A DNA stretch of 64,000 bases, taken from Escherichia phage vB_EcoM_JNE01. The stretch lies in the sequence record OR670491, one strand, 5' to 3'. Below the pieces are notes generated by a model. It saw only the letters and a program-made list of their open reading frames with translations, did no database searches and was not told where the DNA came from. A program made the translations under genes and the position numbers. Shown here one piece after another: positions 1-9,844 of this stretch (within the stretch, counting starts at the first letter, position 1; the number at the start of each line of letters is the position of its first letter).

Positions 1-62
1 TAATTAAAAAGGATACACTACTCTTAAGGGACATTGATTCAAAAAACCGCATTCGTGCTAAT

Positions 63-365
63 ATGTTTATTGCCCAGAATACTGAAGAAGAATTATCAGT
101 AAGTGATAACACCGAAAAGACAGAGACAGGTGCATATACTATTGACACCTTCAGTGAAGAATGGTATTTTCAAAACAGCCTTCTTCATCATTTACGCCCG
201 TATCAGGATACAAAATCGTTATGGGATATCTATCAAGTACTGAAATGTTGGGACGGGGGTTCTATTGATATGTTATCAGAGATGACTTCAAACTATTCCA
301 ACAGCACTATTGACACAGATGTAGTACTGAAAAAACTATGGAGCATGGTTGCTACTATAGATTAA
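63..365 (+). CDS. hypothetical protein (100 aa)
   Basis: Complete ORF in co-directional gene train; terminator hairpin directly downstream. Confidence 0.5.
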   Translation: MFIAQNTEEELSVSDNTEKTETGAYTIDTFSEEWYFQNSLLHHLRPYQDTKSLWDIYQVLKCWDGGSIDMLSEMTSNYSNSTIDTDVVLKKLWSMVATID

Positions 366-375
366 AAAAAAACGA

Positions 376-402
376 GCCGGAGTGTTGACTTCGGCTTTTT
401 TG
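376..402 (+). terminator. rho-independent terminator
   Basis: Stem GCCGGAGT/ACTTCGGC with GTTG loop followed by T-run. Confidence 0.55.
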
Positions 403-433
403 TTTGGTACTATATCTAAAAATAGGAGGATTT

Positions 434-988
434 ATGAGTTCAAGTTGTGACACCTTGTTTGAGCTATGCACCGATTCGCAGTTTGAAGGATGGGTGGATA
501 AAGTTAATGAATTAAGCGAACGTTATGCACGTTTCGTACAACTCGGTGAGTCTCTAAGTAACTTGCCGTTTACTGAGACTGGGGAAAGAGGAAGTTTAAG
601 TTATAAATGTGATGCATTGCGTTTAATTTTATCATATGATGGTTACCCATTTCTAAGATTATATCCACGTTCAAGAAATTCCAATAACTTGAATAATATA
701 ATTACACCACTATTTTTAACTTATAATACTCACAGTACTACACGAATTAAAATCAATAATGATATGCTACCGGACGATATATTAACAGTGTATGACCTCA
801 TGTACAGTCCTGATGAGCATTTTCAGTGCAGTACTCTATATAGTGTTCCTACCTATGAGAACGCTATTAAAACATTGGAGTTGATGCACAGTATTCAAGT
901 CCAAAGTGAACTATCATTAACGATGGAGTATTGTTTCTTCAATCATGATATTCTTAATAATCTAGATACAATTTTATACGGGTACTAA
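434..988 (+). CDS. hypothetical protein (~184 aa)
   Basis: ORF; ATG at 434 preceded by AGGAGG; alternative upstream start 404. Confidence 0.5.
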   Translation: MSSSCDTLFELCTDSQFEGWVDKVNELSERYARFVQLGESLSNLPFTETGERGSLSYKCDALRLILSYDGYPFLRLYPRSRNSNNLNNIITPLFLTYNTHSTTRIKINNDMLPDDILTVYDLMYSPDEHFQCSTLYSVPTYENAIKTLELMHSIQVQSELSLTMEYCFFNHDILNNLDTILYGY

Positions 989-989
989 T

Positions 990-1604
990 ATGCGTAAAGA
1001 ATATGTTCAATCTTTTGCTATGTTGCAGCATTTAGAAGAAATACTACCACAGTGTATCAATTTTCAAAAAAGTATATACAAGAAGTACAGTATTTGTTCT
1101 CATATGACACTCCAACATAAGAAGTCAAATTTCTATACAGTGTATGATGATTATAATATCTTCTTAAAAAAGAACGGGTGTGACCTTCTTCATATTGAAA
1201 AGTGCAGTCCTAACAAAAATGACTACAGTGATGAATATGTGTTTATGCCTGAATATGATGAAGTGTATATTAATCCATGTTCGGATTTCACATTTGTTTT
1301 GCACAGCGATGACGATGACTCTGTTTACGATGTTTATGGCGTGTATAATGCAAAGTCTAAGATCATGTCATATGATGGCATTGACTTTAAAATTAAATCT
1401 AAAGATGATTGCGAAGCAGCACTTGCACAAATATTGACATTAGCTAATGTAACTATCAGTACAGACGAAGTGTGGAGTATGATTTCAGTACTTACTTCTT
1501 TGTACAGAAATAAAGATATACGTAATTTTAATATATCTTTTACTGAAACGTTTGATATTAAAAATAAATTGGTAACTGGAAATGAACTATTCGAATCTAA
1601 TTGA
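990..1604 (+). CDS. hypothetical protein (204 aa)
   Basis: Long ORF, + strand, tightly packed. Confidence 0.5.
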   Translation: MRKEYVQSFAMLQHLEEILPQCINFQKSIYKKYSICSHMTLQHKKSNFYTVYDDYNIFLKKNGCDLLHIEKCSPNKNDYSDEYVFMPEYDEVYINPCSDFTFVLHSDDDDSVYDVYGVYNAKSKIMSYDGIDFKIKSKDDCEAALAQILTLANVTISTDEVWSMISVLTSLYRNKDIRNFNISFTETFDIKNKLVTGNELFESN

Positions 1605-2178
1605 AAATGCAAGAAACCTGAAAGGAATCAAAAACCTTTGGAGTACCTATGAATTTAATTTTCCCAAAAGTTCAGGTCTAGAAAGTTTAAATGTAGATAT
1701 CAAATTCCGTTATAATAATGGCATGACTGGAAAGATTAGGCTACATAAACTGGGTGTTACGTTCTATGATGACTGCGACCACAGTGTAGGTTTGGTAGAG
1801 TTCATTGACAACATGCAACAGGGTGAAAATTATATATGCAGTAGGATTGGTTCTGATGATTCTGAATTTATCATCGGTAATGGTTTACAATTCCATCTCA
1901 CTGAAGACTGGGATGAAGATTATTATGTGTATGATTATGAAAGTAAAAACATTTTTGATGAGAGTGATTCTCTTGTCACAGACCTCAACGAGCGTATCTT
2001 CCAGAAGAGTACTATCCAAGATAATGTGAGAACTCCAGAAGAAATTGTTGACATGTGCAATGCGTATGATACACTTATGGATATTATGAAAACTGATGGT
2101 ATCCAGTACATTTATCTTTGCGATGATGTATACGTGAACCAAATTCTGAAACGACTTGAGACATTTACTAAGAGGTAG
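1582..2178 (+). CDS. hypothetical protein (198 aa)
   Basis: Long ORF overlapping upstream gene end by a few codons. Confidence 0.5.
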   Translation: MNYSNLIENARNLKGIKNLWSTYEFNFPKSSGLESLNVDIKFRYNNGMTGKIRLHKLGVTFYDDCDHSVGLVEFIDNMQQGENYICSRIGSDDSEFIIGNGLQFHLTEDWDEDYYVYDYESKNIFDESDSLVTDLNERIFQKSTIQDNVRTPEEIVDMCNAYDTLMDIMKTDGIQYIYLCDDVYVNQILKRLETFTKR

Positions 2179-2180
2179 TT

Positions 2181-2597
2181 ATGTTACTGTATCATGCCAG
2201 CCCAGTTAAAATTGAAAACTTTTACATTCCATTCGGTGGTTTGCATCTGGGCGGCAAGAACAGTGCACTGGAAGCAGCCCTACGCAAGCTGAGAAGCCCT
2301 CTGAACGTCGTAGACGCTAATACGGTACATCTGCATACCTGTGAGGTTAACGTCGCTAACGTGTATTTCAGTGATGATTTGGGTAGTGATGATTCATGGC
2401 GTGAGCTTATTGAGTACTGCCAAGCTAATGGCTATGATGCAGTACAGTACAAGAATGAGTTCGAGCCTGATGCTGTTCCTAGCTACATGATTTGGGATGT
2501 ATCTAACATTCGCATCGTTGAAGTTGATCCTATGCATATGGATGATGCAGAAATGATTTTGGAGGATTTCTATGCAGAGTATGAAGGACAATCTTGA
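2181..2597 (+). CDS. hypothetical protein (138 aa), compositionally atypical (GC-rich)
   Basis: ORF; visibly higher GC than neighbours (e.g. 2221-2340). Confidence 0.5.
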   Translation: MLLYHASPVKIENFYIPFGGLHLGGKNSALEAALRKLRSPLNVVDANTVHLHTCEVNVANVYFSDDLGSDDSWRELIEYCQANGYDAVQYKNEFEPDAVPSYMIWDVSNIRIVEVDPMHMDDAEMILEDFYAEYEGQS

Positions 2598-3105
2598 GTG
2601 CACTAAGGTAATCTTGAAGATTGCTGAAATTTTCAGTACTTTATTGAGCGATGGAAAGATTACAGATGATCTGGTTCTTCCATACCCGTGGAAATTTTCT
2701 AAATTTTCTATATTTTATAAATTAGAATACAAAGAACATGCAGTACTGGAGTTTAATCCTAAAGCTGATTTCATTGAGAATAGTACACTGTTCGGAAAGA
2801 GTGGGTGCTATACATCGGACTTCAAAAAGATTACTACGCATATTCGTCCTTCTCCAGAAGAAAACGAGTTCCATTCATTTCTGTATCCTGAATTTAAGTT
2901 AACTGAAGAACTACTATTTCAGTACTCATTATTGTTCGAAGATGTACAAGATTTAGAGTTCTATAAAGAGTTAGTAGAAACTTTTAAGAATGTGAACCTT
3001 AAAAAAGATATTCTTATATTCTGGTTCATGGAGTATATTTCGAAGGATTTGCTAGATGAGTTTCTTCTAAATATGACAGCAATTAAGGAGAAGTTATATG
3101 CTTGA
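2572..3105 (+). CDS. hypothetical protein (177 aa)
   Basis: Long ORF. Confidence 0.5.
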   Translation: MQSMKDNLECTKVILKIAEIFSTLLSDGKITDDLVLPYPWKFSKFSIFYKLEYKEHAVLEFNPKADFIENSTLFGKSGCYTSDFKKITTHIRPSPEENEFHSFLYPEFKLTEELLFQYSLLFEDVQDLEFYKELVETFKNVNLKKDILIFWFMEYISKDLLDEFLLNMTAIKEKLYA

Positions 3106-3571
3106 CATTTTAGGTAATATTGATACAGTAAACTATTTCGTACAAGATGCATTGGTTGGGATTACGTCTAAGCCATTGCAGGTTCGCAACAATTTCCATC
3201 AGGGTGATGGATACATTGTGGACATTACTGAACCGAAAAAGAATGTATTCAATGTTAACATTGCAACAACAGGTCGTAACAATATCGCACGAATTATCAT
3301 TGACAAGAATGAAATTGTTCTTCGTTACAATGCTAAGTTCATGATGTTCTTCAAGAGTAAGACTGACATGTTCAGTACTAATCTCTTTGATGAACCATTT
3401 AAATTAGAAGATATCGAAGCAGTATTCTTTACTCAGAGTACGTGCTTTAAGTTCAGAGATGTAGAATTCAGTCCAGATGTAATGACTGAAACTTTACAAA
3501 TGCTAAGGATTATCTATTATGGGTTTAATGAGTTTGCACAAGAACGAAACCAGGTTAACAACTGTAGATGA
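3098..3571 (+). CDS. hypothetical protein (157 aa)
   Basis: Long ORF, start overlaps previous stop. Confidence 0.5.
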   Translation: MLDILGNIDTVNYFVQDALVGITSKPLQVRNNFHQGDGYIVDITEPKKNVFNVNIATTGRNNIARIIIDKNEIVLRYNAKFMMFFKSKTDMFSTNLFDEPFKLEDIEAVFFTQSTCFKFRDVEFSPDVMTETLQMLRIIYYGFNEFAQERNQVNNCR

Positions 3572-3977
3572 AACAATCGAGGCAGTACTGGCGAATCTTA
3601 GCTCCAAAAGGGATTACTGGTACAAAGGTATCCGTCTGTATCGTTTAACTGATCGTCACAATCAGGTTACGAATCAGTACGGTACACAGCAAGTCAAGTT
3701 CACTGCCTCAAAACGTAACACAGGGTTTGAAATTTCATGTGTAGTGTTAAATCTAAGTAAAAAACTTCTTGAATGCAATGAAGATTGTGCTATAATGTAT
3801 GCATCTGGTAACGAAGAGATCAAGATCGATTACAGTACACTAGATGAAATTGACTTCTTTCAGTACGAATGCATTGGCATTCAGACTCTAGGAGTTTCTC
3901 ATGATAAACTGAAGAAACTAATTCATACATTAAAAGGTATAATTGAACATGCAAGTAACTCCGCGTCTAAAGCTTAA
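3519..3977 (+). CDS. hypothetical protein (152 aa)
   Basis: Long ORF. Confidence 0.45.
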   Translation: MGLMSLHKNETRLTTVDETIEAVLANLSSKRDYWYKGIRLYRLTDRHNQVTNQYGTQQVKFTASKRNTGFEISCVVLNLSKKLLECNEDCAIMYASGNEEIKIDYSTLDEIDFFQYECIGIQTLGVSHDKLKKLIHTLKGIIEHASNSASKA

Positions 3978-4452
3978 TTTAGAAAAAATTGCTGATTATC
4001 TTCGTACTAACAATATGGAACATAGTCTTTCGATTACAAGTGACCATATCCAATGTAGTACTAATGATTATACTGTACTGTTCGGGTTTCATAGCCTACG
4101 TTTGTCAGTAGTAAATAATCATGATGATACAGCAATTGTCATTACACCTTGTGATGTACTGAACAATGATGGTGAAGTACTTCACAAGAAACAAACCGTA
4201 TTCCATATCTTCAGGGGTGATGAGCCACAAGCATTGGAATACGATACACTGAACGTTGATAGTGGTGAATTGTTCCAGTTGGGTTTAGTACATGATTGTA
4301 CTTTCATGGATAACCGAGTAATTCTTCCTTTGTTGTTGAATATTCTGGTTAACCTTACAACATCTTCAATCCGACACTTCAACGATTCTATTTTAGTACA
4401 GGCGATGATAAACGTTTCAGAGGCAATCGAGGAATACAAAGTCGCCAGTTAA
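3943..4452 (+). CDS. hypothetical protein (169 aa)
   Basis: Long ORF. Confidence 0.5.
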   Translation: MNMQVTPRLKLNLEKIADYLRTNNMEHSLSITSDHIQCSTNDYTVLFGFHSLRLSVVNNHDDTAIVITPCDVLNNDGEVLHKKQTVFHIFRGDEPQALEYDTLNVDSGELFQLGLVHDCTFMDNRVILPLLLNILVNLTTSSIRHFNDSILVQAMINVSEAIEEYKVAS

Positions 4453-4492
4453 CCAATGCACAGGGAGTGCGATAAAGGATCAAGGATAGATC

Positions 4493-4966
4493 ATGGAGAC
4501 GAAAACTGTTGAGAACGGAAAGATAGATGACATTTTAGAATTGGACGCATTTAAAGTTCATGATATAATGTTCAATGTTAAAGACATTATTCAGTGTCTT
4601 TTCTTATGTAGCAAAACTATGCATGACTACTTTCACAACCCAAATACTAACATCTTTATACTTACTATTAGTACTGAAAACTCTTTCATCATGGGTATGC
4701 CTATGAGTACTAATGAAAAGTACATTGATAGTGTAATCCGTAATAATGAGAACATAACCCCACAATCTGAAGTGCATAAGAAGAAAAATACTTATACCAT
4801 TAAAGATGATAAAATTATGTTATGTTGTACTAAGGGATTTATTTTGGATAATTTTAAAGTGAAAGATAGTTATCATGATTTCAAAATATCTGAAAAGCAA
4901 ACTAATGTAGTTTTATATGCCACCGATATTGAAAGCCTAACAGTTAAAGATCCTGATTTGGAGTAA
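4493..4966 (+). CDS. hypothetical protein (157 aa)
   Basis: Long ORF. Confidence 0.5.
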   Translation: METKTVENGKIDDILELDAFKVHDIMFNVKDIIQCLFLCSKTMHDYFHNPNTNIFILTISTENSFIMGMPMSTNEKYIDSVIRNNENITPQSEVHKKKNTYTIKDDKIMLCCTKGFILDNFKVKDSYHDFKISEKQTNVVLYATDIESLTVKDPDLE

Positions 4967-4968
4967 TT

Positions 4969-5100
4969 ATGGCTAAAAATGTAAACAACTTCGTTCAGAA
5001 ACACATGAATGAGTTTAACAAACCTCAAACCCATGTGGATCGCAAAAAAGCGATGAAGAATGGAAAAACAAAACACAAGTCGAGATATATTCTCGACTAA
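4969..5100 (+). CDS. small basic protein (43 aa)
   Basis: ATG 3 nt after upstream stop; lysine-rich MAKNVNNFVQKH...; not in ORF track (<60 aa). Confidence 0.35.
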   Translation: MAKNVNNFVQKHMNEFNKPQTHVDRKKAMKNGKTKHKSRYILD

Positions 5101-5119
5101 TTTTTTGCCTGGAGAAAGT

Positions 5120-5953
5120 ATGAAAGAATTTGATTACAAAAGTAAGTCAGTACTGGAATACATTGAATTACTAAATTCTAAAAATATTCCATTCGATGAT
5201 ACCAAGCTCCTTGGAAATGGAGATGAAAATTCATATAGTACTGAAAACTATGTAATCATTATTTCAAATGCAGCACCAGATATTGACATTACAGTACATA
5301 AGAAAAATAATGCCGCAGTGTTTATGTATACTCAAGATAGTAAATCAGAGTACTTACATTTCAGGGATATGAATTACTACAAAGAGAATGGTGAATTTAT
5401 ATTAAAATACAATATACTAAAGAATATCGAATTAAAAAAAGCACGATACTTTGATGGTGCTTATGACGTTAAAAGTTCAGATAAGCTTTGTATATTCACC
5501 ATGCATAAAAATATAGAAAAAGACAATGGATGGACTGAATTTGAAACTAAGTTCGATGAACAGAAAGTTTCTAATTTGTCAATACAAGAACGTTATGAAG
5601 GTTCAGATGTAGTGTGCAGTGCTGCTTACTTTCGTGCATTTGATAACACAACGAAACGTATGCAAATGCAAAACATTGACATTACGTTCAATGAAGGGTA
5701 TAGTACTGTTACTATTTCTTCAGGATATCGAAACAAGTTTACATTTGAGGTAGCAGTTCCAGACGGGTCAATTCTACACATATTTGACCCTGAATATATG
5801 TTCCAAGTTGAATTAACACTTGACACAGAGCAGTATGATAAATTACAATTTATTAGAAATTCAATCCAAGAAAAATTGGAATTATACCACTTACTAGGTG
5901 GAAAGAATCACAAAGCAACAATAGCATTACAAAATATCAAAAGTAAAAGGTAG
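5120..5953 (+). CDS. hypothetical protein (~277 aa)
   Basis: ORF; ATG 5120 preceded by GGAGAAAG; track start 5060 overlaps small upstream ORF. Confidence 0.5.
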   Translation: MKEFDYKSKSVLEYIELLNSKNIPFDDTKLLGNGDENSYSTENYVIIISNAAPDIDITVHKKNNAAVFMYTQDSKSEYLHFRDMNYYKENGEFILKYNILKNIELKKARYFDGAYDVKSSDKLCIFTMHKNIEKDNGWTEFETKFDEQKVSNLSIQERYEGSDVVCSAAYFRAFDNTTKRMQMQNIDITFNEGYSTVTISSGYRNKFTFEVAVPDGSILHIFDPEYMFQVELTLDTEQYDKLQFIRNSIQEKLELYHLLGGKNHKATIALQNIKSKR

Positions 5954-5972
5954 TTCAAGGAGAGGATTTAGT

Positions 5973-6266
5973 ATGGATACTAAATTTACAATAAAGTTTC
6001 TAGATGAGCCATGTATTCCATATATTGGTGACAGGTTCAAGCCTTATGGTGCGAAGGAAGTTACGCATCCTGATGGCAAAACAATATATTTGGCCCCAGC
6101 GTCTTATGAGCGAGCAGTTGAAATGCTTATCATGAATTCTAAGTATTGCAAAGACAAATATATTAGTTACTTATACAATGAACATGTGTTAGACTTCAAT
6201 GACGAAAACATGTTTGTACTGGTAGTTTCAGATTTTAGTACTTGGCACGAACATCTGTTGTACTAA
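5973..6266 (+). CDS. hypothetical protein (97 aa)
   Basis: ORF with GGAGAGG upstream. Confidence 0.5.
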   Translation: MDTKFTIKFLDEPCIPYIGDRFKPYGAKEVTHPDGKTIYLAPASYERAVEMLIMNSKYCKDKYISYLYNEHVLDFNDENMFVLVVSDFSTWHEHLLY

Positions 6267-6335
6267 AATAAATTGTGGACATTTAAATTCCTTATGATAT
6301 AATGTTCGCATCTTTTTTGATAAACGGAGATATAC

Positions 6336-6722
6336 ATGAATACAAGTTCAGTTCTAAAAGCGATTGGCGGTGTCCTTCTAATTGAAGTTCTAGGTGAGTC
6401 AAAACTCTGCTGCGTAGAAGACATGAAGAGTACTAAATTCTTCAGTACTGGTCAAATCTTCAATGCGATTCGCGTACTGAATGATAAGACTGTTGAAGAC
6501 TACGGCAAGGTTTGGCCTCAATACCGAAACCAAGATGGTGAAATCAGTACTGATTGGAAAACCTTAGAAGCAGTTCGTGAAAGCTGTAATAGCGATTGGG
6601 AATTCGTTATTGAAGTATGTGACCAACTACAAGAAGACGTTCCTGATGTTATCGAACGTAAAGAAGTACAAGCACAACTTGAAAAGTTCCGTCATGGTAC
6701 ACTACCATACGATCTTATCTAA
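6336..6722 (+). CDS. hypothetical protein (128 aa)
   Basis: ORF preceded by AAACGGAGA. Confidence 0.5.
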   Translation: MNTSSVLKAIGGVLLIEVLGESKLCCVEDMKSTKFFSTGQIFNAIRVLNDKTVEDYGKVWPQYRNQDGEISTDWKTLEAVRESCNSDWEFVIEVCDQLQEDVPDVIERKEVQAQLEKFRHGTLPYDLI

Positions 6723-6774
6723 TCTGCGATTTATCAAAAACATCTAATTAACATTATATAAAAAGGAATTTAAA

Positions 6775-7077
6775 ATGGAAGACAACGGAATGAAATTTGA
6801 CATGTTTGAAGGTGTACCAGAGTACGATTTCACTCGAATTGAAGAAGGTGAACAATCTGAAGTAGTTAGTGTTACACTAAAAGCTGATTCCAAAAAGAAA
6901 CCAGCAGAGCGTCGTGCTCGTTCTCAAGAAGAATATGAAACCTTCATCGAGAGCGTACACTATGAAACGTTCTATACTAAAGATGGTGCACCATATGAAG
7001 TTCGCGTTACAGTACTGAAGCCTGAAGTGAATCCACTTGAGAACCTTAAACCAGTTTACTGTTGGGCTAGTCATTAA
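6775..7077 (+). CDS. hypothetical protein (100 aa)
   Basis: ORF preceded by AAAGGAA; terminator downstream. Confidence 0.5.
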   Translation: MEDNGMKFDMFEGVPEYDFTRIEEGEQSEVVSVTLKADSKKKPAERRARSQEEYETFIESVHYETFYTKDGAPYEVRVTVLKPEVNPLENLKPVYCWASH

Positions 7078-7086
7078 TAGTCAAGA

Positions 7087-7114
7087 GGCTGGGAGATAAT
7101 CCTGGCCTTTTTTA
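7087..7114 (+). terminator. rho-independent terminator (wobble-containing stem)
   Basis: GGCTGGGA...TCCTGGCC hairpin then TTTTTTATT. Confidence 0.45.
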
Positions 7115-7128
7115 TTCAGAGGATTTAA

Positions 7129-8082
7129 ATGAAATTATACCTAATTCCATGTTATGATATTGAAGATTACAATTACGCGGAAGATAGCGAAGGTGGTAAT
7201 CACGCTTCCGATATGAATGTATTCAGCGTAAGTACTCATAAGCATGAACGTTATACTAACTTTAGTACATTTCTTCAATATAATACTTTTGAAAATTTGA
7301 CATTTCGCCAGCGTTACAATGCTTACGAATACCAACTAATTGATATTTCAGATGATCTAACTTTTCAATTCATGCTATTAGGTCTAAAGGATTTCGATTT
7401 CATTGCGTATAATCATAAAACTAAGAAGATCTATGTAGGTAATAATTCATATCGTATTGCAGGATTAGCATCTGATCCTAGTGAAGAAGAACCAGATCAA
7501 GCTAATGCTTCAAGTTCGACTTCATTAGCGGGTCGTCGTCGTGCACAATCAAAACATAATTCTTCGTATGGTGGTCGTAGTAATAGACCATCACAGCGTA
7601 TGTTTACGTTCAATTCACCACAAGAAGAACCAGTACCATACGATGAAGAAGATCAAGAAGAAGTTCAGATTCGTATTGACAGTACTAATGGATACGATGA
7701 AATTAAAAAAGAATTAATGGTTTACATGGAAGATATCTACTACAAGATGTTCACTAAAACTGCCATCCATTTACGTAGTTCAGGTAGACATATCATCGGT
7801 GAACAGTCTAATAGTCTGTTTAGTGATGATGGATATTCGTCTGTGTATGACCCAAATGCAGTGCGTAACGCAAATCCAGTAGGTTACAAACGTACTAATT
7901 CCTCTTATGATGAAGCACTACAATTGACCACTGAAGAGTTTGGTTTTTTGTTTGAATCATACTTGAACGATGATGAATTGTGGATTAATACACAAAAGAA
8001 AATCCATCATAGACACAAAGAATGCATTCGTGCTTATACTTGTGATGCATGGAAAAAGTTCACAGAATGTGAGACAAAATAA
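7129..8082 (+). CDS. hypothetical protein (317 aa), acidic/Ser-rich central region
   Basis: Long ORF. Confidence 0.55.
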   Translation: MKLYLIPCYDIEDYNYAEDSEGGNHASDMNVFSVSTHKHERYTNFSTFLQYNTFENLTFRQRYNAYEYQLIDISDDLTFQFMLLGLKDFDFIAYNHKTKKIYVGNNSYRIAGLASDPSEEEPDQANASSSTSLAGRRRAQSKHNSSYGGRSNRPSQRMFTFNSPQEEPVPYDEEDQEEVQIRIDSTNGYDEIKKELMVYMEDIYYKMFTKTAIHLRSSGRHIIGEQSNSLFSDDGYSSVYDPNAVRNANPVGYKRTNSSYDEALQLTTEEFGFLFESYLNDDELWINTQKKIHHRHKECIRAYTCDAWKKFTECETK

Positions 8083-8102
8083 AAATTAGTGATATAATTT
8101 AA

Positions 8103-8134
8103 GGTGATAGCAGAGTTGTTATCACCTTTTTTTT
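8103..8134 (+). terminator. rho-independent terminator
   Basis: GGTGATA...TATCACC stem followed by 8 T. Confidence 0.7.
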
Positions 8135-8757
8135 AATCCTGAAAGGTTCCATAAGGAAATGATTAAGACCTAATCCACTCGAAAAGTAGAGGGTAGTTGA
8201 GTAGTCCTTTCAGTACGAACAGCAGAAGAAACCCGTTAGATGTTGGCATAGTTTGAACCACTCACGGCAATGCGGCTGTATAAAGAACTCCGATAAGCAC
8301 ACAGAGAGTTCCTAGATAGACATATAAGGATCGCACCTTACGAGATTTGCTAAGGGAGATTTCACTTTGAAACGCGGTCGTAATTTATACAATATAGTTG
8401 CGTCCAAAATTTGTGAAATCAAATACAAGTACTGTTCATATGGTATTTGTATTATGTGTCGGGATGTTTAAGACCGACGACCGTTGCTACAAGAACCGCA
8501 ATAGAGAGAAACAGAGCAACCCGCTTTCGCCCCAGTACTGGGAATTTGTGATATGAATATGTGAAGACCATCAGCGTCAAACTTTTTGTTCTTTCCCCTG
8601 CGGGGGGATGAAATATGTTCAAACAAATCCCGTCAATATTAATTAAACTACTAATAAAGCTGAATTAGACATGCGAAGCGTGTATAATTCTACCGATTTT
8701 TATTGAGTGCTAACGAAATAAAAGTCGTGTACATTCATTGATGTTTCCATAGGAATA
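8135..8757. other. ORF-free, GC-elevated region; candidate structured ncRNA or origin/regulatory region
   Basis: No ORF >=60 aa on either strand across ~620 bp in an otherwise gap-free genome; several local hairpins incl. palindrome CCCAGTACTGGG (8531-8542). Confidence 0.35.
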
Positions 8758-9300
8758 ATGATGTCTTCAAGAAAATCAAGTGTAAGTATTGTGTATAAGT
8801 CAAGTAATTTTTTGGATTGTAATGAACCTCAAGACTTTGAGAGTTTTAGTGGTTTTCAAATTATCAGAGAACGAGGTAAGCTCTCTTATATCAGAGAACT
8901 ACAAGACGGAATTGAGATTACATCTATTAAATTCAGACCTACACAAATACCCACAATCCTCAAAGCACAATATGGTAATTACTTCGAAGAGAGATACAAC
9001 GGGAACACTATTAGTTCTAAGTGTCACTTAATCAACGGAGATTTAGAAGGAGAGTACAGAAAGTATAGCCCCGATGGAACGTGCATTGGCGTTAAATATT
9101 TCTGTTCAGGAGTCGATGTAACCCAGGAGATCATTGACTTTTTGAAATTAAATTGCACAGTACTGACAATACATGAGTATAAGTTCACGGAAGAAGAAGA
9201 GTTTGTACTTATGGTCAGATACGGTTCACATTTTAAGTTTTACTATGAATATAACATTGACAGTAGTACTTTTGATAATATAGTACTTAACTGTCTATAA
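8758..9300 (+). CDS. hypothetical protein (180 aa)
   Basis: Long ORF after non-coding region. Confidence 0.55.
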   Translation: MMSSRKSSVSIVYKSSNFLDCNEPQDFESFSGFQIIRERGKLSYIRELQDGIEITSIKFRPTQIPTILKAQYGNYFEERYNGNTISSKCHLINGDLEGEYRKYSPDGTCIGVKYFCSGVDVTQEIIDFLKLNCTVLTIHEYKFTEEEEFVLMVRYGSHFKFYYEYNIDSSTFDNIVLNCL

Positions 9301-9316
9301 TCAAAGGATTGATAAA

Positions 9317-9844
9317 ATGAGTGAAAAGGATTCTACTCAAACAAATAAACATTCAGTACACTTCAGTACTGGAAAGGATAACTGGACTACACCGAAGGAA
9401 TTATTTGAAGATTTGGATGAAATCTGGGGATTTACATTAGATGCTGCTTGTGTTAAAGAAACAGCACTATGTGAGAAGTACTTCACACCAGAAGATGATG
9501 CACTTTCACAGGATTGGGGTAAGAATATTTGCTGGCTCAACCCACCCTATAGTGATTTGAAAACTTGGTTATCTAAGGCGGTGGATGCATACAATAATGG
9601 TGCAACAGTAATGATACTAGTACCTTCAAGAACTGATACTATTGCATTTCAACAGTACGCAGCTAAGGTATGTGATTGTGTATGTTTCATTAAAGGTAGA
9701 TTGCGTTTTGGTATTCCTGAAGAACCTGAAAAGAAAACTGATTCAGCCCCCTTCCCTAGTTGCTTGATAGTACTGGATAAGTACTTGACTCCCGCTAAAC
9801 TAAATTATCTTAAATCTCTTGGATTGGTGATGAAGAACGTATGA
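9317..9844 (+). CDS. dam: DNA N6-adenine methyltransferase (phage Dam-like)
   Basis: Motifs FTLDAAC...WLNPPYS (NPPY catalytic motif) typical of phage Dam-family MTases. Confidence 0.7.
   Translation: MSEKDSTQTNKHSVHFSTGKDNWTTPKELFEDLDEIWGFTLDAACVKETALCEKYFTPEDDALSQDWGKNICWLNPPYSDLKTWLSKAVDAYNNGATVMILVPSRTDTIAFQQYAAKVCDCVCFIKGRLRFGIPEEPEKKTDSAPFPSCLIVLDKYLTPAKLNYLKSLGLVMKNV

Noticed and set aside
1180-1612. Alternate-frame and antisense ORFs inside the 990-1604 gene (1180..1437 +, 1334..1612 -)
   Set aside because: Fully nested in a longer co-directional gene; hydrophobic low-complexity translations typical of shadow frames in AT-rich DNA.
8441-8569. 42-codon ORF inside the non-coding island
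   Set aside because: No Shine-Dalgarno sequence, and the translation is not protein-like.
8135-8757. tRNA gene(s) or group I intron in the ORF-free region
   Set aside because: No GTTCNANYC T-loop or D-loop signatures and no recognisable P/Q/R/S elements by eye; flanking genes are intact. Kept only as a generic ncRNA/origin candidate.
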